Assembly: GCA_964639615.1 (NCBI GenBank)
Contig: CAZXHH010000001.1
Coordinates: 207,247 to 271,246, forward strand
Reading direction: 5' to 3'
Origin: Candidatus Woesearchaeota archaeon
GTDB lineage: Archaea; Nanobdellota; Nanobdellia; Pacearchaeales; GW2011-AR1
DNA: 64,000 nucleotides
The notes under the pieces are model-generated. The model saw only the letters and a program-made list of their open reading frames with translations, was not told the DNA's origin and did not search any database. Positions 54,750 through 64,000 of the stretch are shown here, in pieces; position 1 is the first letter of the stretch, and every line of letters starts with the position of its first letter. A program made the position numbers and the translations under genes.

Positions 54750-55743
54750 ATCTCTTTAAGTAAGTTTTTTCATTGAACCAAGGAGGAAGTTTATTTTGGT
54801 TATAAAAAGGTTCTTTAAGAATTCTGGTATATAAAGAGTCGTCATTATCTACTTTTTTTATAAATTCTACAAATTCATTCATATTTTTAAAATCAGCATA
54901 ATTTATGAAACTTTTCGGATTGAATTCTTTTGAAACATCTTTATGTCCAAAGTAAATGGGGATGCTGTTTACTAACATTGGATGAGTCAACTTTTCAGTT
55001 GTCCATCCAGAAACAGAAGCATTTTCAAAAGCAATTGTAAATTTATATTTTTTAATAAATTTTAATTTTTCTTCTTTCCAGTTAATAGAATCTCTGGATT
55101 TTTTAGAATCTAAATGTGATCCAATTGGAGGCATATTATTCATACATCTCCCAGGAGCATCAATTTTTTTATATTTATTTAGTTCTTTGAAAAAGTTATT
55201 TCTAAAAATATTGTCCTGAGAGTAAATAAAATTACAAAATTCTGTTTTTTCCTTTTTTAGTTTTCTAAAATTTACTTTTCTTTTTAATGGAGGGATTGCT
55301 TTCTTTCCAAGGTCAAAATCTACCATTAAATAACAAGGTAATCTCATATGTTTTGGATTATTTATATTCTCATCGAATTCTGAAGAAAAAGCCCAATCAC
55401 ATTTGCTCATATCTGGTTTAACATGCTCTGCTCCATAAAATATTTTTACAAAATTTCCCTCTATCTCTGGAATTTCTTTTTGTCCTTTTATTAAAAGAAG
55501 TATCTTTGGATAAATTCTCCTTAAAAAAATATATAATCTCGGGGAAATTTTTTTTATGATTTCTCCTTTCTTACTAACGTCTTTCGTATGAATTTGTGGA
55601 TAAACAGAATAAAAAATATAATCTGGTGTATCACTGATTTCTACATTGTAAATCTTTCTTAGAAGATTTGTGAAAAAATTATTTTCCGGATTGAATCCTC
55701 CCCAAAAATATTTAAAATTTATTTTTATTGTTTTCTTTTTCAT
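54730..55743 (-). CDS. GT10 alpha-1,3/4-fucosyltransferase-like protein
   Basis: FCNFIYS, RNNFFKEL, KLKFIKKYKFTIAFEN..GWTTEKL alpha-3-FucT motif. Confidence 0.85.
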   Translation of the reverse strand: MKKKTIKINFKYFWGGFNPENNFFTNLLRKIYNVEISDTPDYIFYSVYPQIHTKDVSKKGEIIKKISPRLYIFLRRIYPKILLLIKGQKEIPEIEGNFVKIFYGAEHVKPDMSKCDWAFSSEFDENINNPKHMRLPCYLMVDFDLGKKAIPPLKRKVNFRKLKKEKTEFCNFIYSQDNIFRNNFFKELNKYKKIDAPGRCMNNMPPIGSHLDSKKSRDSINWKEEKLKFIKKYKFTIAFENASVSGWTTEKLTHPMLVNSIPIYFGHKDVSKEFNPKSFINYADFKNMNEFVEFIKKVDNDDSLYTRILKEPFYNQNKLPPWFNEKTYLKRFKEIFG

Positions 55744-57236
55744 TTTCTTAAGATATTTTTTAATAATAAGATATCCTCCTTATTTAACGCTTTCATCAAA
55801 ATTAAAATTAAAAAGTATACTGCTACTCCTAAAAATATTTCCATAATACCAAATAGAATATTCATGTTTACCAATTCATTAAAAATTATTAAAAATAAAG
55901 ACATAATAACTGTTCCAAATATTGGAGCTTTCAATCCAACTCCTCTTATACTAAAATTAAACTCTCTTTTTGAAGAAATCATTAAGAATACAAGCAACAG
56001 TATTCTGCTTAATGAGGTTGCAAGAGCAACGCCTGCAATTTTATAAAGAGGATTATCAAATACGTAAATTGCTAATAAATTAAGTAAAATATTTGTTAAC
56101 AAAGAAATAAGAATTGCATTGCTAACAAGTCTAGGTTTCTCCTTTGATTGAAAAATCATAGAATATAATCCAATTAAAGGAGTTGTAAGAATTAATATGG
56201 ATAAAAAGCAAAGAGGTATGGTTCCTAATAAGTATTCATTTCCATAAATTGCTTTTATGAGGTATTTTGATATAAATATTACCCCTGCAGTTGCAGGTAT
56301 TGAAAGTAATAGTATATATCTTAAAGTTTTTTTAAATCCCCTTACAAATCTTTCATCATTTATTTGGGTAAAAATAGGAATAAAAATTGTTGAAAGTGAA
56401 AATAAAGATGCTATTGTTAAAATTAAACTTGAAGATACCCTATAATATCCCAGATATTCAACTGGAACAAATTTTCCAAGCATTAAAATATCTAATGAAG
56501 CAAAAAAAGCTAAAGATAAACTGGAAACAGCCATGTACCTCAAATAGGTATTAACAGTCTTCTTGTCTATGTCTCCTGTTTTTCCTATTAGAAAATCTTT
56601 ATTTTTTTTATAGGCTATTGAAAACATTAAAATTAAATAAATTCCTCCAGAGATCGCAAATGCAATGAATAATCCTGGGACTTTGAATTCATAATTAACT
56701 AACGAAATAGCTAATACGGATAGACCAATTTTGAGTGCTTGATTCAATGTTGTGAGAAGAGGCAGAGACTTTAGATCTTTTGAAGCAATTAAAATGTTCC
56801 CTAAAAAAGAGGTCAATGATTCCATGATTACAAAAAGACAGACAAAAATTATGGAAAGGAATAATAAAGGTTTGTTATATATATTATAAGAGATGAATCT
56901 GGCAAATAATAAAATTAAAAATACAAAAGAAAACAAAAGTATAGATTTTATTTTTATTAAATATTTAAAATATGCCCTTGATTTTAACTTATTTTTTTCA
57001 CCTAACGATCCTGAAAAATATCTCAAAAATGTATTATCCACCCCTAAATCTGTAAAAGAAAGTATAATTGTTGCAATAGACAATGCAAGAGAATATATTC
57101 CAAATAATTCTGGTAATAAGAGTCTTGCGATTAAAATAGTAAAAACAAGTCCACCAAACTTTAAAATTATTGTAAGCATTAAACTGTAGGATGAATTCTC
57201 CAAAGCCACCTGAGACAATGGCTTATTTTTTGCCAT
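55740..57236 (-). CDS. Flippase (Wzx / oligosaccharide transporter)
   Basis: ARLLLPELFGIY, DLGV, DILMLGKF..LGYY; 12+ TM helices. Confidence 0.88.
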   Translation of the reverse strand: MAKNKPLSQVALENSSYSLMLTIILKFGGLVFTILIARLLLPELFGIYSLALSIATIILSFTDLGVDNTFLRYFSGSLGEKNKLKSRAYFKYLIKIKSILLFSFVFLILLFARFISYNIYNKPLLFLSIIFVCLFVIMESLTSFLGNILIASKDLKSLPLLTTLNQALKIGLSVLAISLVNYEFKVPGLFIAFAISGGIYLILMFSIAYKKNKDFLIGKTGDIDKKTVNTYLRYMAVSSLSLAFFASLDILMLGKFVPVEYLGYYRVSSSLILTIASLFSLSTIFIPIFTQINDERFVRGFKKTLRYILLLSIPATAGVIFISKYLIKAIYGNEYLLGTIPLCFLSILILTTPLIGLYSMIFQSKEKPRLVSNAILISLLTNILLNLLAIYVFDNPLYKIAGVALATSLSRILLLVFLMISSKREFNFSIRGVGLKAPIFGTVIMSLFLIIFNELVNMNILFGIMEIFLGVAVYFLILILMKALNKEDILLLKNILRK

Positions 57237-57364
57237 CTTATTAAATATAAATCAGCATTTATAAATTACTCTAGAGCTTTAGAGATACCCTGATTGTTAA
57301 TCTGAAAGCAATTTATGTTTTTTAACATAGAAGAGTATAAAAGGCAAGAGATATGCTAAAAAAT

Positions 57365-58813
57365 ATGGTTAAAAAAATTTTGCTTATAACAACCAATTTC
57401 GAAGAAAATCCAATAATGAATAAAAATAACCCGAATGACTATTTTCCTCCTCTACTTCCAGGAAAGGGTAAGGAAATTTCTGAAAAAGAATCTTATCCGA
57501 TAGGGCTTGCATATTTATATTCTTATTTAAAAAAATATAATTTTGAACCAAAAATATTACACTTAAATTATTATCATAAGGATGATGTAGAAAATGCCAT
57601 CTTTTCCACAATAGAAAAATTTAATCCAGAAGTTGTTGCCTTTCAAATGTTAACTTCAAATAGAACAAGCACGTGTGAAACTATAGAAAAAATCCATAAA
57701 TTATACCCAAAGATAAAGATTATTCTTGGGGGAATTCACGCTACGCTTTTATATAAAAATATAATAAAAAGATTTCCTTATGTATTTATTATCATTGGGG
57801 AGGGGGAAGAAACATTAATAGAGCTGTTAAATGAATTTTCCAATAAAAAACCAAATTATAAAAAAATAAAAGGGTTATTCTTTTTACATAAAGGAAAAGA
57901 GATTATGAATTCTCCAAGAGAGTTAATTGAAGATTTAGATTCATTGCCTTTCCCAGCTCATGAACAATTTATAACAAAAAATGTGACTAGAGCATGTATT
58001 TTAACAAGCAGGGGATGCCCTTTTAAATGTTCATTCTGCTGCATTAATCCTTTAACAAAAAGAAAAGTAAGATTTAGGTCTGTTCAAAATGTCTTAAAAG
58101 AAATTGAGGAAGTGATAAAAAAATTCCCTTGGTTAAAAGAGATTTGGATTTTTGATGATACTTTTTTCCTAGATAATCATAGGGTAATTGAAATCTGCAA
58201 GGGAATTATAAAAATGAACAGCAAGATACATTTTACTTGCTGTGGAAGAATAAAACCCATTTCTAATGAGATGATTCATTATCTTGAAAAAGCAAATTTT
58301 AAATCAGTTTTACTTGGAGTAGAAAGTGGCTCAGAAGAAGTTCTTGCAAAAACCGGAAAAGGAATAACTCCTAAAGAGGTTGAAGAGGCTTTTAAAAAAT
58401 TCAAACATTCAAAAATAACTTTAAAACCTTTTCACATTATAGGATTGCCTGGTGAAACTCTGAAAACAGCTACAGAAAGTGCAATATTTTTTAGAAAACT
58501 CCAAAAAATAAAATATGATTATGTTGAAAATACTGCAAATTACCTAAGAGTTTATCCTGGAACAAGAGTCTATGATTTGGCAAAAGAAAAAAATTCGCTG
58601 GATGATTCATATTGGGATAGTTCAAAATCTGTTCCTTTCTTCTTCTTAGAAAATACTCCAAAAAAATTATACGAATACGGTGAAATATATTTAAATCACG
58701 TCTCTTTGGATAGAATACTCACTCCAAAAGGATTTGCAAACCAATGGATGATGATTCCGTATATTGTTCCATATATGGCAAAAAAAATTTTAATGCGAAT
58801 ACTGAAAAAATGA
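57365..58813 (+). CDS. B12-binding-domain radical SAM protein
   Basis: YPIGLAYL, ILGGIHA, GEGEET, TSRGCPFKCSFC; start at Met5 by TATA spacing (57353 also possible). Confidence 0.9.
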   Translation: MVKKILLITTNFEENPIMNKNNPNDYFPPLLPGKGKEISEKESYPIGLAYLYSYLKKYNFEPKILHLNYYHKDDVENAIFSTIEKFNPEVVAFQMLTSNRTSTCETIEKIHKLYPKIKIILGGIHATLLYKNIIKRFPYVFIIIGEGEETLIELLNEFSNKKPNYKKIKGLFFLHKGKEIMNSPRELIEDLDSLPFPAHEQFITKNVTRACILTSRGCPFKCSFCCINPLTKRKVRFRSVQNVLKEIEEVIKKFPWLKEIWIFDDTFFLDNHRVIEICKGIIKMNSKIHFTCCGRIKPISNEMIHYLEKANFKSVLLGVESGSEEVLAKTGKGITPKEVEEAFKKFKHSKITLKPFHIIGLPGETLKTATESAIFFRKLQKIKYDYVENTANYLRVYPGTRVYDLAKEKNSLDDSYWDSSKSVPFFFLENTPKKLYEYGEIYLNHVSLDRILTPKGFANQWMMIPYIVPYMAKKILMRILKK

Positions 58814-59565
58814 TTCAAACTATTAAAAGAAAATTAATTAGATCCAAAGCATGGAAATTAATCAAAGTAGAATTATTAAAAAGGAAAAAATTTACAAGTC
58901 AGATTGGGCAAGATAAATGGGTATTGGAGACTACAAACTTTAAAAAAAATGGATATTTCTTAGATATTGGTGCTGCAGACGGATTATACTTAAGTAATAC
59001 TTATATTCTTGAGAAAAAGTATGGATGGAAAGGGATTTGTGTTGAACCTGCAAATAAAATTGAGGATCTGAAAAAAAATAGAAAATGCATAATTGAAAAC
59101 TCTTGCATTTTTTCAAAAAGCGGGGAAATTCTCGAATTCCAAATTGATGATGAAATAAGTGGAATTAAAAGGTATTTTGATGGGGCACATACTAGGAAGG
59201 GGAAGACGATTAAAGTAAAAACTATTTCGTTAAAAGATTTACTTAAAAAATATAATTCTCCTAAAATAATTGATTTTTTAAGCGTTGATACAGAAGGCTC
59301 TGAATTTGAAATATTAAAAAATTTTCCATTTAATGAATATTCTGTAAAATTAATTGCTGTAGAACATAATGCCCATTCTGGAAGAAAAGAAGATATAATA
59401 AAAAGGAAGAAGATTTTTGATTTATTAACAAAAAATGGTTTTATTAGACAACCTCATGAAGAGATATCAAAAAAATTTGGGGACAAAGAAGGTGGAAATT
59501 TTGAGGATTGGTACGTTCATAATACTGTTAAAAAAAGGTTAGATTTATGGAACAAAAATATGTAA
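58810..59565 (+). CDS. FkbM-family methyltransferase
   Basis: SQIGQD, FLDIGAADG..SNT, LSVDTEGSE. Confidence 0.88.
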   Translation: MIQTIKRKLIRSKAWKLIKVELLKRKKFTSQIGQDKWVLETTNFKKNGYFLDIGAADGLYLSNTYILEKKYGWKGICVEPANKIEDLKKNRKCIIENSCIFSKSGEILEFQIDDEISGIKRYFDGAHTRKGKTIKVKTISLKDLLKKYNSPKIIDFLSVDTEGSEFEILKNFPFNEYSVKLIAVEHNAHSGRKEDIIKRKKIFDLLTKNGFIRQPHEEISKKFGDKEGGNFEDWYVHNTVKKRLDLWNKNM

Positions 59566-60464
59566 TCCCCTCTTCAGTAGGGGGGCTGTCTGGGAGATTG
59601 AGATGCATTATAAATGCTATCTTCCTTTCTGAGAAAACTAATAGGAAAATAATTCTTTATTGGGAGAAAAATTCTGCTTGCAACTCTTCTTTTATCAATT
59701 TATTTGATGAAACTTTCGAGGAAATCAGTAAAGAAAATTTAAGAGGGATACTGAAAAAAAATAACTTTCAAATATTAAAAGATATAAAAAAAGTTAAAAA
59801 AAATAAGAAGTTTATAATCATCGGAGACATAGGATTACTTGGAGAAAATCAGAAATTTAAAATTTCAGATAACCAGAAAAAGGATATCTTAAGAATTTTA
59901 AAAAGAATAAAAATAATAAAATCTATTAAAAAAGAAGCAGAAAATTTTATAAAAAAAAATTTTAGTGAAGAAGTTATAGGTATCCACATAAGAAAAGGAG
60001 ATTTCAAATTTATAAAAAATAATGTTGGACACGTTTCATCAGATGAAAAATTTATTGAAGAGATAAAAAAAGAAGCCGAATTAAATAAAAAAGTAAAATT
60101 TTTTCTTGCAACAGAAGAAAAAGAAACTGAAGAAAAATTCAAAAAAATTTTTGGATCAAAATTATTCGTATATCCAAAAAAAACTACTTTTAGAGAGCAG
60201 GAGGGATCAGTTAAAGAAGCATTAATTGAGTTATTAATTTTATCTAGATGTAAAAAAATTCTTGGCAGCTTCGGAAGTACCTTCACAGAATTTGCTTGGC
60301 TCTTTGGAGAGTGCAATCCAGAAATAAAAATTATTATTGATAACAAGGAATTAAGAATATATGAAAATAGGGAAAAAGCAAAAGAGGGTTATTTAAGTAA
60401 AATAAAAAAGGTTATCTATGAACTAATCACCCCTGCTCATATTAGATTATTAGATAAAATATAA
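59547..60464 (+). CDS. Inverting fucosyltransferase-like protein (NodZ/GT23/GT11-like)
   Basis: GGLSGRL, IGIHIRKGD, FFLATE, ALIELLILSRC..GSTF. Confidence 0.7.
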   Translation: MEQKYVIPSSVGGLSGRLRCIINAIFLSEKTNRKIILYWEKNSACNSSFINLFDETFEEISKENLRGILKKNNFQILKDIKKVKKNKKFIIIGDIGLLGENQKFKISDNQKKDILRILKRIKIIKSIKKEAENFIKKNFSEEVIGIHIRKGDFKFIKNNVGHVSSDEKFIEEIKKEAELNKKVKFFLATEEKETEEKFKKIFGSKLFVYPKKTTFREQEGSVKEALIELLILSRCKKILGSFGSTFTEFAWLFGECNPEIKIIIDNKELRIYENREKAKEGYLSKIKKVIYELITPAHIRLLDKI

Positions 60465-60514
60465 TGTATTGGAAAAACATAAATCCTTATAAATAAGGCA
60501 TTCTAACCAAAATT

Positions 60515-61573
60515 ATGGTTGACAAAAAAGCATTAATAACAGGATTTACAGGTCAAGATGGTTCTTACCTTGCTGAATTACTTCTTGAAAAAGGATATGA
60601 TGTTTATGGTTTACATAGAAGAATTAGTGCAGACCCCTTCAAAAATGTGAATAATTTATTACAAAATGAAAAAATGCACATAATTAGAGGAGATGTGACT
60701 GATGCTCACTCTATGAACAAACTAATTCAAAATATTAAACCAGATGAAATTTACAATCTTGCTGGACAATCATTTGTTGAAGCTTCTTGGGATCAAACTG
60801 GTCCTACGAGAGAGATAAATGCTTGGGGACCTCAAAACATACTTGAAGCAATTATAAATAAGCCGATTAAATTTTATCAAGCTTCAACTTCGGAAATGTT
60901 TGGCTCAACTAATCCTCCTCAAAATGAGGGTACAATTTTTCATCCAAGAAGCCCATACGCAGTTTCGAAGACTTACGGACACTTTATAACTCAAAATTAT
61001 AGGGAAAGTTATAATCTTTTTGCATGTAGCGGTATTTTGTTTAATCATGAATCCCCAAGAAGAGGAAAAGAATTTGTAACAAGAAAAATTAGTCATTCTA
61101 TTGCAAAAATAAAGTTGGGACTACAAGAATTTTTTGAATTGGGAAATTTAGATGCAAAAAGAGATTGGGGATATTCAAAAGATTATGTTGAAGCAATGTG
61201 GCTGATGCTACAACAAGATAAACCAGAAGATTATGTAATTGGAACAGGAGAAAGCCACTCTGTTAAAGAATTTGCGGAAGAAGCATTTAAAGTGGTAGAC
61301 ATGCCTATTCACTGGGAAGGCACAGGATTAAATGAAGTTGGAAAACATAATAATAAAACTGTCTTAAAAATTAATCAAAAATTCTACCGGCCTGCTGAAG
61401 TAAATTTCCTTCTTGCAGACCCCTCTAAAGCAAAGAAAAATCTTGGATGGGAACCAAAAACCAAATTTAAAGACTTAGTAAAAATGATGGTTGAAAGCGA
61501 TTTAGAGCACCTAACAAAGTACGGATTATTAGAAGATGACAAATCTAGGCTAGATATTAATTGTAAAAAATAA
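60515..61573 (+). CDS. gmd: GDP-mannose 4,6-dehydratase
   Basis: ITGFTGQDGSYLAE, FYQASTSEMFG, NHESPRRG.EFVTRKI. Confidence 0.97.
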   Translation: MVDKKALITGFTGQDGSYLAELLLEKGYDVYGLHRRISADPFKNVNNLLQNEKMHIIRGDVTDAHSMNKLIQNIKPDEIYNLAGQSFVEASWDQTGPTREINAWGPQNILEAIINKPIKFYQASTSEMFGSTNPPQNEGTIFHPRSPYAVSKTYGHFITQNYRESYNLFACSGILFNHESPRRGKEFVTRKISHSIAKIKLGLQEFFELGNLDAKRDWGYSKDYVEAMWLMLQQDKPEDYVIGTGESHSVKEFAEEAFKVVDMPIHWEGTGLNEVGKHNNKTVLKINQKFYRPAEVNFLLADPSKAKKNLGWEPKTKFKDLVKMMVESDLEHLTKYGLLEDDKSRLDINCKK

Positions 61574-61574
61574 A

Positions 61575-62516
61575 ATGAACTCAAATTCTAAAATTCTTGT
61601 CCTTGGAAGTAATGGATTATTAGGAAGTGCGATTTTCAGAACACTAAAAAAACAAGAATTCGAAAACATTCTAGTTCCCATACATAAAGAATTAAATCTT
61701 TTAAAAAAAGAAGAAATTGATTATTTTCTTATTAAACAAAAACCTACACATATTTTTATGTGTGCAGGACTAGTTGGAGGAATAGAAGCAAATAGAACAA
61801 AACCTGCAGATTTTATTTACCAGAATTCGATGATGATTCTGAATCTTCTTGAAAGCATAAAAAATAATCTTCCAAATACAAAAGTAATGTATCCTGGTTC
61901 CACATGCATTTATCCGAGAGAAAATCCACAACCTATAAATGAAGATAGATTCTTAGCTGGAAAATTAGAAGAAACAAACAAAGGATACGCTGTTGCAAAG
62001 ATAATGGGGATTACTGCATGTGAATTATACCACAAACAATATGGTTTAGAAACAATATGTGTTCAACCAACAAATATGTATGGTTTAAACGACAATTACA
62101 ATTTAGAAACAGGACATATGATTCCTTCTTTAATAAAAAAATTTATTTTAGCTAAAGAAAAGAATAAAGAAATTATTTTATGGGGTACAGGAAATCCTAG
62201 AAGAGAAGCTCTCTATAGTGAAGATTGTGCAGATGCGATGGTATATCTAATGAAAAATTATCATTCCCCAGACATTATAAATATCGGAACAGGATTTGAT
62301 TATTCTATAATGGAATTTGCAAATATAATTCAAGAAGAAATAGGCTATAAGAAAGAGATTAAATGGGATTCTTCAAAACCTGATGGGACTTTCGAAAAAA
62401 GAACTGATATTAATAAGCTAAAAAAAATTTACCCTGAATACAATCCTCGTTCTTTTAGTAAAGGATTAAGAGAAATTTTATCTGATAAAAATGAGATGGA
62501 TAGGATTTTAAAATAA
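61575..62516 (+). CDS. fcl: GDP-L-fucose synthase
   Basis: VGGIEAN, GSTCIYP, YAVAKI, GHMIPSLI, WGTG.PRRE, KPDG. Confidence 0.93.
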   Translation: MNSNSKILVLGSNGLLGSAIFRTLKKQEFENILVPIHKELNLLKKEEIDYFLIKQKPTHIFMCAGLVGGIEANRTKPADFIYQNSMMILNLLESIKNNLPNTKVMYPGSTCIYPRENPQPINEDRFLAGKLEETNKGYAVAKIMGITACELYHKQYGLETICVQPTNMYGLNDNYNLETGHMIPSLIKKFILAKEKNKEIILWGTGNPRREALYSEDCADAMVYLMKNYHSPDIINIGTGFDYSIMEFANIIQEEIGYKKEIKWDSSKPDGTFEKRTDINKLKKIYPEYNPRSFSKGLREILSDKNEMDRILK

Positions 62517-62535
62517 AATTTATCTTTCTAAAAAA

Positions 62536-64000
62536 TTAATCTTCCATTCTATTCAAGACTTCTCCAAATGCTGGTCTTGTTATTAAAATACCCAATGTTA
62601 AACCAATAATTGTTGTTGAAGCGAAACCTTTCAATAATCCTCCTCCAACCATATACAGAGGAATCATTGCTGCAACTAATGTTAAATATGCTCCCACAAT
62701 AATTTCAAATGCTTTCTTTATTCTTCCTTTTATTCCTGTAGAATCATCTTTTTTCTTTGCTTCGTCAAGCATTACAATCTGATCATTTACTCCTGTTCCT
62801 ATAGCGGCTAAAATACCTGCGATAGCAGATAAATCTAAATTAATACTTAAGAATGCTGCAATTCCGAGAGTTATTATTATTTCTGAAATTCCCATTGCTA
62901 AAACTGCCATCGACTGTTTGAATTTTCTATATTTAAAGAAAACAACTAGAGCTACACTTAACAATGCAACAAATCCTGCAATAAAAATAGCTTTTGTAAA
63001 TGTACTTCCAAGATTAGGTGAGATTACATCTAATTTTAATATTTTTAATTTGTAAGGTAAACTTCCTGTTATTAAAATTGTCTGAAGATTATGCATACTT
63101 GCTTCTGCATTATCAATTGCGTCTTCCTGTGTTGCTCCTGAACCTGAACCTGAAATAGAAATCTGTGTTGTTACTTGACCAGCTAAATCCTTGCTTATCA
63201 AAAGACTATCCATTAGTTTATCATCAACATATAAATCTAAAGTCTTTGAAAGATATTCTGGATTTGAAGCATTTACAGTTAATTTCTGTGTTGCTTCTGC
63301 GTGCGCTTTAGCAGCTTCTGGTTTTAATGTAACTGAAAATTGGAATCTACATACATACTCCCCAGAAGAAACTTGATCACATCCCGTAACGCCTGAGTTC
63401 TGAGCATTTCTTCCAACATCTGCAATTCCATTTTCTTTTCCACCTATGAATACTGTCTCGTTTCCTATTTTAGCTTCAAACTTTCCTTGGTTTTCAACTA
63501 AAGATTCTAAATCTGCAGGTGTTGCTCCTGCGATTTCAAGTCTAATATAATTATTTCCAGACAAATCAGAAAAAGGAGCTACCTTTACATCTCTAAGACC
63601 ATAATAATTAATCCTGTTTTCAATCATGCTTGCCAAATCATTTGCTTCTTGTTCAGTTAATTGTGCTCCTTCAGCACCAATTATTGCTCTAGCCCCACCA
63701 GCTAAATCTAATCCTGTTTTTATTCTTGTTTTTGGGATTTTAGATACAGTTATATCTGGAGCAGTTTTTGAAAAAATCACAACATCTCCTGTTTCTTTTG
63801 TTGTAATTGTAAGTTTCACTTCATCATTTGAAGGAAATTTTGATTGAATATAATTTGAATAATCTGTAACATTAACTATTTTATATCCATCAACTGCTGT
63901 TATTAACTGTCCCGATCTTAATCCCAATTCAAATTCAGTTGAATTTTGATTTACACTTGTAATTAAAATCCCTTTTTGAAAAGGAGCAAAACCATACCCT
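62536..64000 (-). CDS. secD: Protein translocase subunit SecD, 5'-truncated by the window edge
   Basis: KTGLDLAGG, LQTILITGSLP, IGTGVNDQIV, GFASTTIIG; frame stays open from 63927 to the window end. Confidence 0.92.
   Translation of the reverse strand, partial: GYGFAPFQKGILITSVNQNSTEFELGLRSGQLITAVDGYKIVNVTDYSNYIQSKFPSNDEVKLTITTKETGDVVIFSKTAPDITVSKIPKTRIKTGLDLAGGARAIIGAEGAQLTEQEANDLASMIENRINYYGLRDVKVAPFSDLSGNNYIRLEIAGATPADLESLVENQGKFEAKIGNETVFIGGKENGIADVGRNAQNSGVTGCDQVSSGEYVCRFQFSVTLKPEAAKAHAEATQKLTVNASNPEYLSKTLDLYVDDKLMDSLLISKDLAGQVTTQISISGSGSGATQEDAIDNAEASMHNLQTILITGSLPYKLKILKLDVISPNLGSTFTKAIFIAGFVALLSVALVVFFKYRKFKQSMAVLAMGISEIIITLGIAAFLSINLDLSAIAGILAAIGTGVNDQIVMLDEAKKKDDSTGIKGRIKKAFEIIVGAYLTLVAAMIPLYMVGGGLLKGFASTTIIGLTLGILITRPAFGEVLNRMED

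Noticed and set aside
460-63847. Numerous 60-165 aa antisense or alternate-frame ORFs in the track (e.g. 460-714, 1042-1422, 23885-24310, 30106-30507, 59849-60346)
   Set aside because: They are shadows of well-supported genes, with no motifs and no independent promoter or coupling signals.

Overview
AT-rich archaeal chromosome segment, most likely DPANN / Ca. Pacearchaeota. This is an inference from a pacearchaeosortase-like gene, AMP phosphorylase plus ribose-1,5-bisphosphate isomerase, Lys-rich r-protein extensions and a reduced r-protein operon. In order, it holds: an S-layer/archaeosortase surface locus interrupted by a RelA/SpoT-domain gene; sepF, pfdB, rpo12, rpl37ae and tRNA-Pro with an overlapping free-standing LAGLIDADG ORF; the ftsZ-secE-spt5-rpl11 cluster split by three extra genes; FKBP, aIF5A, rpl40e, S2P protease, Taw1 and a DinG/XPD helicase; tRNA-Ser; AMP phosphorylase; the rpl3-to-secY superoperon; prefoldin alpha; R15P isomerase; a ~20-kb AglB N-glycosylation cluster with GDP-fucose synthesis and two fucosyltransferase-like genes; and a truncated secD. 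Two signals stand out. (1) Three near-identical 28-nt elements, absent from the ORF track, lie in front of rpl2, rpl14 and rpl6. Each ends a 13-16 aa micro-ORF (...TK[S/L]GDFA*) coupled by TAATG to the next gene, and each folds into a hairpin with the SD-like AGGAG in the loop. (2) The RelA/SpoT gene has the architecture of a CapRel-type fused toxin-antitoxin anti-viral protein, including the C-terminal YxxY motif, and sits behind an 11-bp perfect palindrome. All counts were made by hand and no database searches were run.
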